Source of the DNA: Deltaproteobacteria bacterium
Lineage (GTDB): Bacteria > Myxococcota > UBA727 > JABDBI01
Direction of reading: 5' to 3'
NCBI GenBank assembly: GCA_016764955.1
Contig: JAESQZ010000056.1
Span: 1-45,610 of the forward strand
Length of the DNA stretch: 45,610 nt
A program made the position numbers and the translations under genes. Numbering within the stretch: position 1 is the stretch's first letter; every line of letters begins with the position of its first letter. Positions 8,645-16,197 of the stretch are shown piece after piece. The notes under the pieces are model-generated. The model was not told where the DNA came from. It ran no database searches and saw nothing but the letters and a program-made list of their open reading frames with translations.

Positions 8645-8652
8645 ATCTAGGC
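8642..8652 (-). promoter_or_regulatory. GCCTAGATATG motif containing the start codon of 8321..8644
   Basis: Minus strand reads ttGCCTAGATATGaaa. A TATA-like ggattataagc lies about 30 nt upstream. Confidence 0.55.
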
Positions 8653-8747
8653 AACATTACTAAAACATACTTGCTTATAATCCTTTAGTTTAAACTAACG
8701 TTAGTTATAGGTAATGCTTAATAATCATTCAATACCACACTAATCAT

Positions 8748-8818
8748 GGGACTCAGGTGTACGGAGCATAATCAGACTGAAAACTTGAGAGGTTCGGGTT
8801 CAACTCCCGAGAGTTCCA
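8748..8818 (+). tRNA. tRNA-Phe(GAA)-like gene with an atypical D arm
   Basis: - Acceptor stem GGGACTC / GAGTTCC, 7 bp with one G-T pair.
- T arm TCGGG-TTCAACT-CCCGA.
- Anticodon loop CTGAAAA; its stem is TCAGA/CTTGA, 4 pairs plus an A-C mismatch.
- Short D arm: GTGT/GCAT with wobble pairs and loop ACGGA.
- No encoded CCA.
- TATA-like ttaataat about 22 nt upstream and a T5 run at 8826-8830.
- This is the only plus-strand gene in the window. Confidence 0.55.
8766..8785 (+). repeat. 20-bp direct repeat, copy 1 (inside the tRNA: D-stem 3' side to anticodon loop)
   Basis: gcaTaatcagactgaaaact. It matches 8860-8879 at 19 of 20 positions. Confidence 0.8.
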
Positions 8819-8859
8819 ACCGATAATTTTTATAAAAAATAGAAAAAAATTGTGCAAAA

Positions 8860-8879
8860 GCACAATCAGACTGAAAACT
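8860..8879 (+). repeat. 20-bp direct repeat, copy 2
   Basis: gcaCaatcagactgaaaact, 94 bp downstream of copy 1. It overlaps the 3' arm of the hairpin attgtgc-aaaa-gcacaat (8849-8866). Confidence 0.8.
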
Positions 8880-8917
8880 ATAATTTCTATGAGGTACAAA
8901 GTTAAAAAGATTCATGC

Positions 8918-9031
8918 CTAAGAATCCCTCAAATATTTTTCATAATCTCTTTTTACTGCTTTTTCATCTGTTTGATTAACAAATCTTTGAATAAAATTTC
9001 TTTTGATTTTTTTATGAGACATTCGTTTCAT
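8918..9031 (-). CDS. basic micro-ORF, 37 aa
   Basis: MKRMSHKKIKRNFIQRFVNQTDEKAVKRDYEKYLRDS. ATGA overlap with the stop of 9028..9222. Confidence 0.3.
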   Translation of the reverse strand: MKRMSHKKIKRNFIQRFVNQTDEKAVKRDYEKYLRDS

Positions 9032-9222
9032 TTTGAATAATTCCTGATAATTTCTTGAACATATTCCTCAGCAGTGTCTTTAGCTGCCATCTCATAAGCT
9101 CTTTTTCTAACTTTAGCTATAATTATTTGAGGATCAGTAATGTTTTGAGCAATACATGAGCTAACTATTCCTCTTAATTCTCGTAGTCTTCCCCCTCTGA
9201 TTTCATTTGGTCCTGCCATCAT
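9028..9222 (-). CDS. hypothetical protein
   Basis: The track start at 9240 lies inside the upstream gene. Tandem ATGs at 9222 and 9219 overlap the upstream TGA. About 64 aa: MMAGPNEIRGGRLRELRG... Confidence 0.55.
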   Translation of the reverse strand: MMAGPNEIRGGRLRELRGIVSSCIAQNITDPQIIIAKVRKRAYEMAAKDTAEEYVQEIIRNYSK

Positions 9223-9896
9223 GAAAAACCATTCCCACAAACATCATCAGTTCTTTTGTTTTGTTTGATTAGTCTCATGCCTTTAGCATAATGTTTAGAT
9301 TGTTTCTCTAGTTTTTTGCACATTCGGTATAATTTAGGATGCTTTTTCTTGATGTAATCCCATCTTAGAAGACTATTGAAAGGGCAAAAATAACAACCTG
9401 ATTTTATCACATAAGGGAATCCTTTCTCAAAGATGTATCTCTCACAATCTAATCTATCCATTTTCCAATCAACTAAAGGATAGTGTTTTGTAATGTAATC
9501 TTCTTTAGCTGTTCTGCATCTTCTTGTTTCTGCTACATCAATTCCAATGTACTCATTAATTTTGAATCCTTTGTAGATTGTTTTGTAAAATTTATGAATT
9601 GGTCCTACTTTAAAATCCCTAGTACACCAACGTTTGAACATGTCTGGAAAAACTTTTCTTGTAATGCATTTATTGAATAGAGTTACTAGTCCAAAGTTTC
9701 TTACAGTTTTGAAAGGAATATCTTTTTTCTCTAAGAATTTTTTCATATACTCTACTGTATTGTAAGTTTCAGGAAGTTCTCCTCCAGTATCAGCAAACAC
9801 TACTTGATCAATTGGAATTTTCTTTTCAATCATTTTTAGAATCATTGCAGTAGAATCTACTCCTGCTCCATAGGATGCTATGTTGAGTTGTTTCAT
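9219..9896 (-). CDS. PAPS reductase / PP-loop ATP pyrophosphatase family protein
   Basis: 225 aa. N-terminal PP-loop ASYGAGVDSTAM (SGGxDS-type) and a C-terminal CYFCP cysteine pair. This matches the phage and archaeal-virus PAPS-reductase-like family. Confidence 0.75.
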   Translation of the reverse strand: MKQLNIASYGAGVDSTAMILKMIEKKIPIDQVVFADTGGELPETYNTVEYMKKFLEKKDIPFKTVRNFGLVTLFNKCITRKVFPDMFKRWCTRDFKVGPIHKFYKTIYKGFKINEYIGIDVAETRRCRTAKEDYITKHYPLVDWKMDRLDCERYIFEKGFPYVIKSGCYFCPFNSLLRWDYIKKKHPKLYRMCKKLEKQSKHYAKGMRLIKQNKRTDDVCGNGFS

Positions 9897-10051
9897 TTGT
9901 AAGTCACCATAATAGAAATATAATATCCTCGAATAGCTGGTTTGAAATTGAAAACTCCGTTTCGATTAAACCATGTGATTGATGTTCTCTTTTTTTGATA
10001 GAGTTTTCCAATAGATAAATAAAATCCAAATATTCTAATCCAAAAATTCAT
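9893..10051 (-). CDS. micro-ORF, 52 aa, hydrophobic N-terminus
   Basis: MNFWIRIFGFYLSIGKLYQKKRTSITWFNRNGVFNFKPAIRGYYISIMVTYK. TAATG overlap upstream and ATGA overlap downstream. Confidence 0.4.
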   Translation of the reverse strand: MNFWIRIFGFYLSIGKLYQKKRTSITWFNRNGVFNFKPAIRGYYISIMVTYK

Positions 10052-11808
10052 TATGGAAACATCTCCTCAGAAGCTTTGACTTGACCTTTAGATTCTGTAG
10101 CTAGACTCAAATCAATTAACATCTTTACACTTGAACTAAATCCTCCACTAGTAGGAGAATATCCTGTAGCCTCTGCAAGTTCAGGTCTAGTCAGAGAGTT
10201 TATCGGATCATAATAGATGTTACACAAAAAATCTAATACCTTAGATGAACATGCTCCAAGTTTATTCTTCCAATGATTTAGTAAATCTTCATGGTTTGTA
10301 GGAACAGGATCTAATCCTCCAGCTCTTTGAATTCCTGCAGGAGTAGGAGTAATTGTTCCATTTTCTTCTATGTATCCTGCATCTCTAAGATTTTTGATTG
10401 ATGTGCTGTAACCGCCTGAAGTTGGCCTATATCTTGAATAAACTGCAAGATGTTTTCTAGTCATGGGTTTGTTAAACTCTACTAATTTTTTCAAACAAGT
10501 TTCAGCACATTTGTTTAAAATAATTTCATCATCATTTAGAGATTCAACAGATACAGAATGTGATTGAAAATTATTCACAGTCCTTGGAATTATTCCCTCT
10601 TCTTGAATTTGGTTTGGTATAGTTGGTTTTTCTATCTTTGTTTCAATTGAAAGAGCTTTGTTAATTTCATTTACTGCATGATCACAAGTATCAAAGATTT
10701 CATTTTTGGATTTATTGATTTTAACAAAACCCATTTTTAGAATTTTAAGTAATGATCTCTTATCATGTAATTCTTGAACAGTTGAAATGAATTTTACTGT
10801 AGCCTCATCAAATCCTTTTTTGTATGCTCTGTTTAATTCTCCTGTATCTTGTTTAATTATGGGTTGATTCTTTTCAGATTGTCTAAGTTTTGTTTGTAGT
10901 TCTTGTATTTTTAATTGAAGCCCTTCCTTTGTTTTTAGATCCTGTTCTACTTCTAAATCCAATTCAGAGAAATTTGTTAATAATCCTGTGATTTTCTTTT
11001 TGTTTGCTGGAATGTATTCTTTAATATTTCCAAGCTCCTCATGAGATGTTTTAGTTTCATAAGCTTTGACTAGAACATTATCATCAGCAATTGCAGGACC
11101 AAAGGCATAGAATTCATGCTTTAGTTTTCTCAATATTTTAGTATCTTTAATTCCAAGTTCTTCTCCTGCTCTTTTTCTATCAATATCTAAGGCACATCTA
11201 CCAATGAATTTTGTGTTGAGTTCAGCAGCTACATCTTTGTTTAATTTTGAAATTCTCTGAGTGGCTCCAATTAATCCATAACCTCTTTTTCTTCCTCTGC
11301 TAGCCAAAGCTGCAACTGCAGCAAGTGATTCTGAACGTCCAGACTTTGATTCAGGAGCAAATATATGAATTTCATCAAGCCAAATGAGACATTGATGCCA
11401 TAGAGTTTTTGGAAGGTTAATCAGTGCCTCACAAAATAGTTTTACAAATCTAATCCTTTCAAATGGATTTAGTTCATACAAATCAATTATAACATCTGCA
11501 CCTGTCTCCATGATTCTTTTTGCCAATAATGCAGCATGTTTAGAATCAATTTGGATATCAGCTTGTGGTCCTTTACCAACAAGTAAGAAAGAATAGTGTT
11601 CTCGTAAAGTTGGAAATTCTCCTTCAGGATCAATAATTATTTGTTGAACTTTTCCATGAGCTTCTTCAATTCCTTTTCTCATGGCATGACTCTTTCCTCC
11701 TCCAGAATTTGCTTGGAGTAATGCTCTTGATTTTATTAGTTCTTGAAGATTTACAAGAATTGGTTTTTTCTTTTCTACATCTAAGAAAATTCGTAGCCAA
11801 TCAGTCAT
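10051..11808 (-). CDS. HerA/FtsK-superfamily P-loop ATPase with C-terminal tandem winged-helix repeats
   Basis: 585 aa. Walker A ANSGGGKSHA, Walker B LIWLDEIHIFAP, and RGRKRGYGLIGATQR typical of HerA/DUF87-like ATPases. Two C-terminal repeats: RPTSGGYSTSIKNLRDAGYI and SPTSGGFSSSVKMLIDLSL. Confidence 0.75.
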   Translation of the reverse strand: MTDWLRIFLDVEKKKPILVNLQELIKSRALLQANSGGGKSHAMRKGIEEAHGKVQQIIIDPEGEFPTLREHYSFLLVGKGPQADIQIDSKHAALLAKRIMETGADVIIDLYELNPFERIRFVKLFCEALINLPKTLWHQCLIWLDEIHIFAPESKSGRSESLAAVAALASRGRKRGYGLIGATQRISKLNKDVAAELNTKFIGRCALDIDRKRAGEELGIKDTKILRKLKHEFYAFGPAIADDNVLVKAYETKTSHEELGNIKEYIPANKKKITGLLTNFSELDLEVEQDLKTKEGLQLKIQELQTKLRQSEKNQPIIKQDTGELNRAYKKGFDEATVKFISTVQELHDKRSLLKILKMGFVKINKSKNEIFDTCDHAVNEINKALSIETKIEKPTIPNQIQEEGIIPRTVNNFQSHSVSVESLNDDEIILNKCAETCLKKLVEFNKPMTRKHLAVYSRYRPTSGGYSTSIKNLRDAGYIEENGTITPTPAGIQRAGGLDPVPTNHEDLLNHWKNKLGACSSKVLDFLCNIYYDPINSLTRPELAEATGYSPTSGGFSSSVKMLIDLSLATESKGQVKASEEMFP

Positions 11809-11978
11809 GATTTTGGTCCACCCTCTGAAATATTCATTTCATTTATTGGATGCCAATTAGGACATCCTCCACATTTTGCAAACAGTTTTCCATCAGGTGA
11901 AATCATATAATTTTCTGGATGCTCTAACATGTTGTTTCCAATGGAACGTAAAAGATCATTGTCAAAAGATGTGATCAT
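11805..11978 (-). CDS. micro-ORF, 57 aa, with CGGC
   Basis: MITSFDNDLLRSIGNNMLEHPENYMISPDGKLFAKCGGCPNWHPINEMNISEGGPKS. TAATG overlap upstream and ATGA overlap with the ATPase start. Confidence 0.5.
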   Translation of the reverse strand: MITSFDNDLLRSIGNNMLEHPENYMISPDGKLFAKCGGCPNWHPINEMNISEGGPKS

Positions 11979-12172
11979 TATAGTTTCACTCCTAATTCAC
12001 TAGCTTTCCTAAATCCTGGACCATGAAATTTCCCTGAAGCTGGAACTTTACTAAATCCACAATTGGAGCATTTGTTGGTTATAATGTTGAAGGTTTTTCT
12101 TTCTGATAATCTGTATGATTTAGTTCTATGTTGAGTGCATCCAGTAGGGCAAAAAATTAAATTATCTTTCAT
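11978..12172 (-). CDS. zinc-ribbon protein
   Basis: 64 aa with CPTGC ... CSNCG. Confidence 0.6.
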   Translation of the reverse strand: MKDNLIFCPTGCTQHRTKSYRLSERKTFNIITNKCSNCGFSKVPASGKFHGPGFRKASELGVKL

Positions 12173-12597
12173 TGTGGTTTGACTCCTGCTTTTACTAGTG
12201 CATCAATGATATCATAGAAATCATCCCAAGTAATTTCATGTTCTTTTTTAGAATCTAGATAGAAAATTCCTTTTTTTCTACAATCATAATCATCAATTGT
12301 TATGTATTCATGTCCTGCAGCTCTAACCAACGGACCAAAAATAGTTCTAGCTTTGCGTGCTGCCTTTTCTCCATGTTTGTAATTTACTTCAATTACAATA
12401 TCTTTTCCATTGTTTCTTCTAAGGACTAAATCAAAATTATGATTTCTAACTTCTTGGTCTAGATGAATAAATTCTATAGGATCTATCATCCATTTGATAT
12501 TTACTTGAGATTCAATTCCTACACAGTCAATTAATCTAAGCATAATTTTTTTAGATAGATTTTCTCCTCTACCAATGAATCTAGAATTATCACTCAA
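12169..12597 (-). CDS. hypothetical protein, possible PD-(D/E)xK nuclease fold
   Basis: 142 aa with GRGENLSKKIM ... FDLVLRRNNGKDIVIEVNYKHG, read as a D...E..K-like pattern. Weak, by eye only. Confidence 0.55.
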   Translation of the reverse strand: MSDNSRFIGRGENLSKKIMLRLIDCVGIESQVNIKWMIDPIEFIHLDQEVRNHNFDLVLRRNNGKDIVIEVNYKHGEKAARKARTIFGPLVRAAGHEYITIDDYDCRKKGIFYLDSKKEHEITWDDFYDIIDALVKAGVKPQ

Positions 12598-12799
12598 TCT
12601 TATCAGCCTCCATGTGAATAATTTCAGTTAATTTTTTGCCATCTTGTTTAGAAACACAGTCAAGAATTAGTGAGATTAGTCCTGAGAGTGAGCCAATGCC
12701 CATAACGGAGAAATTCCTTTTTCTAGCTTGATGAAAGTCATGCCATTTGTCATATACAATATCTCCAATAGTTAGAGTAGTGAATCCAGGCTTAGGCAT
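12590..12799 (-). CDS. hypothetical protein
   Basis: 69-aa ORF on the coding strand. Confidence 0.55.
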   Translation of the reverse strand: MPKPGFTTLTIGDIVYDKWHDFHQARKRNFSVMGIGSLSGLISLILDCVSKQDGKKLTEIIHMEADKIE

Positions 12800-12882
12800 T
12801 ATTTTTCCTCCTCAAAATCGTCAAGAGTAGTTCCATCATGATCAGCATTATTGGTTTTTTTTCTCTTATCTAGAAAGCTCAT
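12799..12882 (-). CDS. micro-ORF, 27 aa
   Basis: MSFLDKRKKTNNADHDGTTLDDFEEEK. It exactly bridges two genes, with an ATGA overlap upstream and a TAATG overlap downstream. Confidence 0.3.
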   Translation of the reverse strand: MSFLDKRKKTNNADHDGTTLDDFEEEK

Positions 12883-14051
12883 TGTCCTTTCCTCACAATT
12901 TGATTGCCATGACAAAGAACTCCAGGAGTTTTTACTCTAGCGTATAGTTCAGCATAATTTCTTTTAGGATACATTTTCTTGATCATATGCCAAAGATCAG
13001 GTTTCTTGGAATGTTCAGATCTTAACTCTTCAATTATGCTAGAAAATAATTTTGCAGGAACAGGCATTTCTCCCTTGATAGCCATTAGGAGATTTTCATG
13101 TTGATTTCTATTCCAAGAACCTACTCCAATCTTTTTCTTATTCCAAACAAATTCCTGTTTTACTTTGAACCCTGCAGCATCTAAAACAGCTTTGTAGAAT
13201 GGAATTGGATATTTTACATCAATGGATTTATCTCCAACTAGTAAATTATCAATTTTAATTTCAACTTCTGAATATTGTATTGATGGACTCATCCAGAAAA
13301 ACATTATGGCATTATCAGCAGCAGCTAATTTGCTAAAGTCCTGAATGAGTTCATCAATTGTCATTGTAGGATAATGTGTTTCAGCAGCTCCTCTTCCTCC
13401 TTTGTCCTCATATCCATAAGGCACATCAGCTAGGAATACATCAGAAATTGTTTTTGGTAATGGAACCTTTGGAAGATTTCTATCTTTCCTGGTTAGTTGA
13501 GTGTGGAGAGTTGTGATTTTTGTTTCTCCAGTGTAGAGTTTTTTCTTTTGTTCAAGAGTAGCATTACTATGAATATGTAATGCTCTCTCAAAGGTTGTAG
13601 TAGACATGTCAGCTTCTTTAGCTGCTTTAGCTGTAGCTTTACCCTTAGCCTCTTTAGATGCTAAGGTTCCAGATTTTTGTCTGGATTCAGCTTGAACCAC
13701 TTCTTTTTCATAGGTAATTAGAGATGCTTCAAATTTTTGATATTTACTAAGATGTCTTCTCTTGAGATTCATTGAGTTGATGTAATCTATTTTTTCCACT
13801 TCAGAATCAAACTCCCATTGTTCGTATTTGATATCATCAATTCTTTGTTTACCTAGAATTTCATCTCTAGTGTATCCGTCAACTAGATTCCAATCCTCAT
13901 CAGCACAAACAGGTTTTAGTTGTCCTTTGGATTCCATGTCATCATACATTTTGTTAAAATCTTTTTGAGTAGGTCTAGGAGTTATTGATTTATACAAATC
14001 ATTATGAAGAATTTCAGAACGTGAGATAGTTCCTGATTTGATTAGTTTCAT
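12879..14051 (-). CDS. ParB-like nuclease domain fused to an MT-A70-family N6-adenine DNA methyltransferase
   Basis: 390 aa. The N-terminus has NLVDGYTRDEIL (ParB DGxxR-type). The C-terminus has ADVPYGY (a DPPW variant), HYPTMTIDEL, IMFFWMS, FVWNKKKIGVGSWNRNQHENLL. Confidence 0.8.
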   Translation of the reverse strand: MKLIKSGTISRSEILHNDLYKSITPRPTQKDFNKMYDDMESKGQLKPVCADEDWNLVDGYTRDEILGKQRIDDIKYEQWEFDSEVEKIDYINSMNLKRRHLSKYQKFEASLITYEKEVVQAESRQKSGTLASKEAKGKATAKAAKEADMSTTTFERALHIHSNATLEQKKKLYTGETKITTLHTQLTRKDRNLPKVPLPKTISDVFLADVPYGYEDKGGRGAAETHYPTMTIDELIQDFSKLAAADNAIMFFWMSPSIQYSEVEIKIDNLLVGDKSIDVKYPIPFYKAVLDAAGFKVKQEFVWNKKKIGVGSWNRNQHENLLMAIKGEMPVPAKLFSSIIEELRSEHSKKPDLWHMIKKMYPKRNYAELYARVKTPGVLCHGNQIVRKGQ

Positions 14052-14139
14052 TTTGTAAACCTCTCAAATCCATTACATATTTTGTAAAACAAATAACAAA
14101 TCAAAATTGTCCAAGTAGTTGCAGTTACAAATTCTTCAA

Positions 14140-14823
14140 TCAATTGTAATCCTCCTTTGAAACATTAGTAGTGATTAGGACATGTGGATATTTTCCCATT
14201 ACAACATATTCAGATTGAATGAAAATGTTTTTGAAGCCTGATTTTTTCATTCGATTATTTTCTCGTCTTGTAGTGATGAAGAATTTACCCTTGATTGATT
14301 TACATAATTCTAGAATTTCTTCATCATAAGCTTTGACTGATTCTCTATCAAAATGAGAGAATCCTTGATCATAGAATGACTTGAACCAAGGCTGATCAAT
14401 TACAAATACTGTATTTTTAGAATCATATTTCTTGATGCAATACTTGAAATCAGTACAAGTAATTTTAACATCATTGTAATTGAATTCTTTTCTGAGCCAT
14501 TTTGCAACAAACTTTGATTTATCATTTAGAATGAATTGAATTGGATATCCTGAAATTTTCTTAGGTCCAAAGAGTTCTTGACAAACTTTAGCTGTTCCAG
14601 CTAGAGGCTCACAATATACATCACAATCAGGGATTAGTCGTGCTAGTCGTCTTGATATTCCAGTGATTCCAGCATATCCAGCTAGTCTTTTTCCATCATC
14701 AATTCTAGGAAGAGATATTGATTTTTGTCCAAATCTGTTAATTATGGTTTTAGCTACATCTTCATTTCTTGGATTAGGATTAGTCTTGATGCCTCTATGA
14801 GATTCAAGTTTTAGGCCTTCCAT
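14140..14823 (-). CDS. Dam-like (D12 class) N6-adenine DNA methyltransferase
   Basis: 227 aa. SRRLARLIP...YCEPLAGTAKV is the AdoMet motif I and VFVIDQPWF is motif IV (DPPY-like), in the alpha-class order. Confidence 0.75.
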   Translation of the reverse strand: MEGLKLESHRGIKTNPNPRNEDVAKTIINRFGQKSISLPRIDDGKRLAGYAGITGISRRLARLIPDCDVYCEPLAGTAKVCQELFGPKKISGYPIQFILNDKSKFVAKWLRKEFNYNDVKITCTDFKYCIKKYDSKNTVFVIDQPWFKSFYDQGFSHFDRESVKAYDEEILELCKSIKGKFFITTRRENNRMKKSGFKNIFIQSEYVVMGKYPHVLITTNVSKEDYN

Positions 14824-14990
14824 TATGGCTCAACCTCACATTCGTTTGAATGACCGTCTGGACAATTGAGATTAATTTTAGAGATTGAAAATTTGGTTCC
14901 TGATTTTGTTTCCTGGAACATCAAGAGATCGATATCAATTGGAATTACTACTGAACCACAAGTAACACAAGTTCGAATAATTGATTTCAA
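14823..14990 (-). CDS. micro zinc-ribbon ORF, 55 aa, TTG start
   Basis: (M)KSIIRTCVTCGSVVIPIDIDLLMFQETKSGTKFSISKINLNCPDGHSNECEVEP. TAATG overlap with the methyltransferase start. Confidence 0.4.
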   Translation of the reverse strand: MKSIIRTCVTCGSVVIPIDIDLLMFQETKSGTKFSISKINLNCPDGHSNECEVEP

Positions 14991-15160
14991 ATTTCGTTCT
15001 CCTCAATATCTTCTTGTTTACCAACTGTCACTTTGACAAAGCACCTACATTCTCTGCACCACCAATGATCAATTTTTTCAGCAGTTAGAATTCCTTTTCT
15101 TCTAAATGTAATTTTTGGAGTGTAGAGAATTTCTCCACATTTATTGTGTGAAGGATTCAT
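14987..15160 (-). CDS. micro zinc-ribbon ORF, 57 aa
   Basis: MNPSHNKCGEILYTPKITFRRKGILTAEKIDHWWCRECRCFVKVTVGKQEDIEENEI. ATGA overlap with the upstream stop. Confidence 0.45.
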   Translation of the reverse strand: MNPSHNKCGEILYTPKITFRRKGILTAEKIDHWWCRECRCFVKVTVGKQEDIEENEI

Positions 15161-15432
15161 TTTAGATTTCTCCTCTCTGTTTCTCTAGTTACAATTCTAA
15201 CAGCTATCTCATGAGCTTGCTCTTTGGTGTATTTTTTCTCGTCAATGTAGAAATGAACTACTTTGGAATAAGTTGCATCTCTATCAAATTCTTTGAGAGT
15301 GGTTTGAGGATTTTCTTTTCCTCTAGTTGGAGCTTCTGTATATTTTTGAAATACTCTTTCTAGTGCTAGCTTGATTCCAGGATTAGGTTCTGTTTCAATT
15401 TCCTCTAAAAGCCATTTTTTAGTTAGAGTCAA
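15157..15432 (-). CDS. hypothetical protein
   Basis: 91-aa ORF with 4-nt overlaps at both ends. Confidence 0.6.
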   Translation of the reverse strand: MTLTKKWLLEEIETEPNPGIKLALERVFQKYTEAPTRGKENPQTTLKEFDRDATYSKVVHFYIDEKKYTKEQAHEIAVRIVTRETERRNLK

Positions 15433-15611
15433 AATTGATTCTCCTTGTGCCGATTAGCTACGAATCTATCTTTGAAACCATAGGGATTTTCATCATCAGG
15501 TCTATTGTCATTTACGAATTTATGTGGAGGAGTTGTTTTGTTAGAAATTCCAGTCTTCCAATCATGACCTCCTGCAGTTTCACCTTCTCCACAAACTAAG
15601 CATCGAGTCAA
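15429..15611 (-). CDS. hypothetical protein with N-terminal CxxC
   Basis: 60-aa ORF with overlap coupling. Confidence 0.5.
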   Translation of the reverse strand: MTRCLVCGEGETAGGHDWKTGISNKTTPPHKFVNDNRPDDENPYGFKDRFVANRHKENQF

Positions 15612-15790
15612 TCGAAAATACTCCCATGTGATTTGTGTCCTGGACCTTTGCTGTCTAGAAATGGCATTTCTATGAATGGTGAAAGTATTACTGGAATCAT
15701 ACAGCTAGGCATACATGATGTGTGTTTGATTAGAGGCCAATTCGTGCATTTATCAAATGGATTTACTACTTCGTATCTCATACTAGACAT
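15608..15790 (-). CDS. hypothetical Cys-rich protein
   Basis: 60-aa ORF with overlap coupling. Confidence 0.45.
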   Translation of the reverse strand: MSSMRYEVVNPFDKCTNWPLIKHTSCMPSCMIPVILSPFIEMPFLDSKGPGHKSHGSIFD

Positions 15791-16197
15791 TATTTTTTCC
15801 TCTCCAATGCTTCGCTCAAACTGTGAATTTTCTGAATTAATCGAAATGTTGAATGGTCCTGTAATGCTCCCATTGCTTCAAATTCATCAACTACAAATTC
15901 TGCAGTTTGTTTTATTTTCGTGAGTTTTTCTAATTTTTTTAATACTTTAGGAAATGTTGTATTTAATTCTGCAAGTTTTGTAACTATTTTATCACGTTGT
16001 TCTGCTTTTTCTAACTGTGATTCTAGTTTGGATTGTAGAGATATTTCTTCATCTTCTAATTTTTTGATTTGTGTTGTACATTCTAAAAATTTTAGATTTT
16101 TTAAATCTCTCCCATAATCACAAAGTGGTCCTAACTTATTTCTAAGAAGTGAAAGATGATAAGGTATTTTCAATAATCGTTCTAGTTCTGAATTCAT
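15790..16197 (-). CDS. coiled-coil protein
   Basis: 135 aa, with heptad-like K/E/L-rich sequence. Confidence 0.6.
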   Translation of the reverse strand: MNSELERLLKIPYHLSLLRNKLGPLCDYGRDLKNLKFLECTTQIKKLEDEEISLQSKLESQLEKAEQRDKIVTKLAELNTTFPKVLKKLEKLTKIKQTAEFVVDEFEAMGALQDHSTFRLIQKIHSLSEALERKK

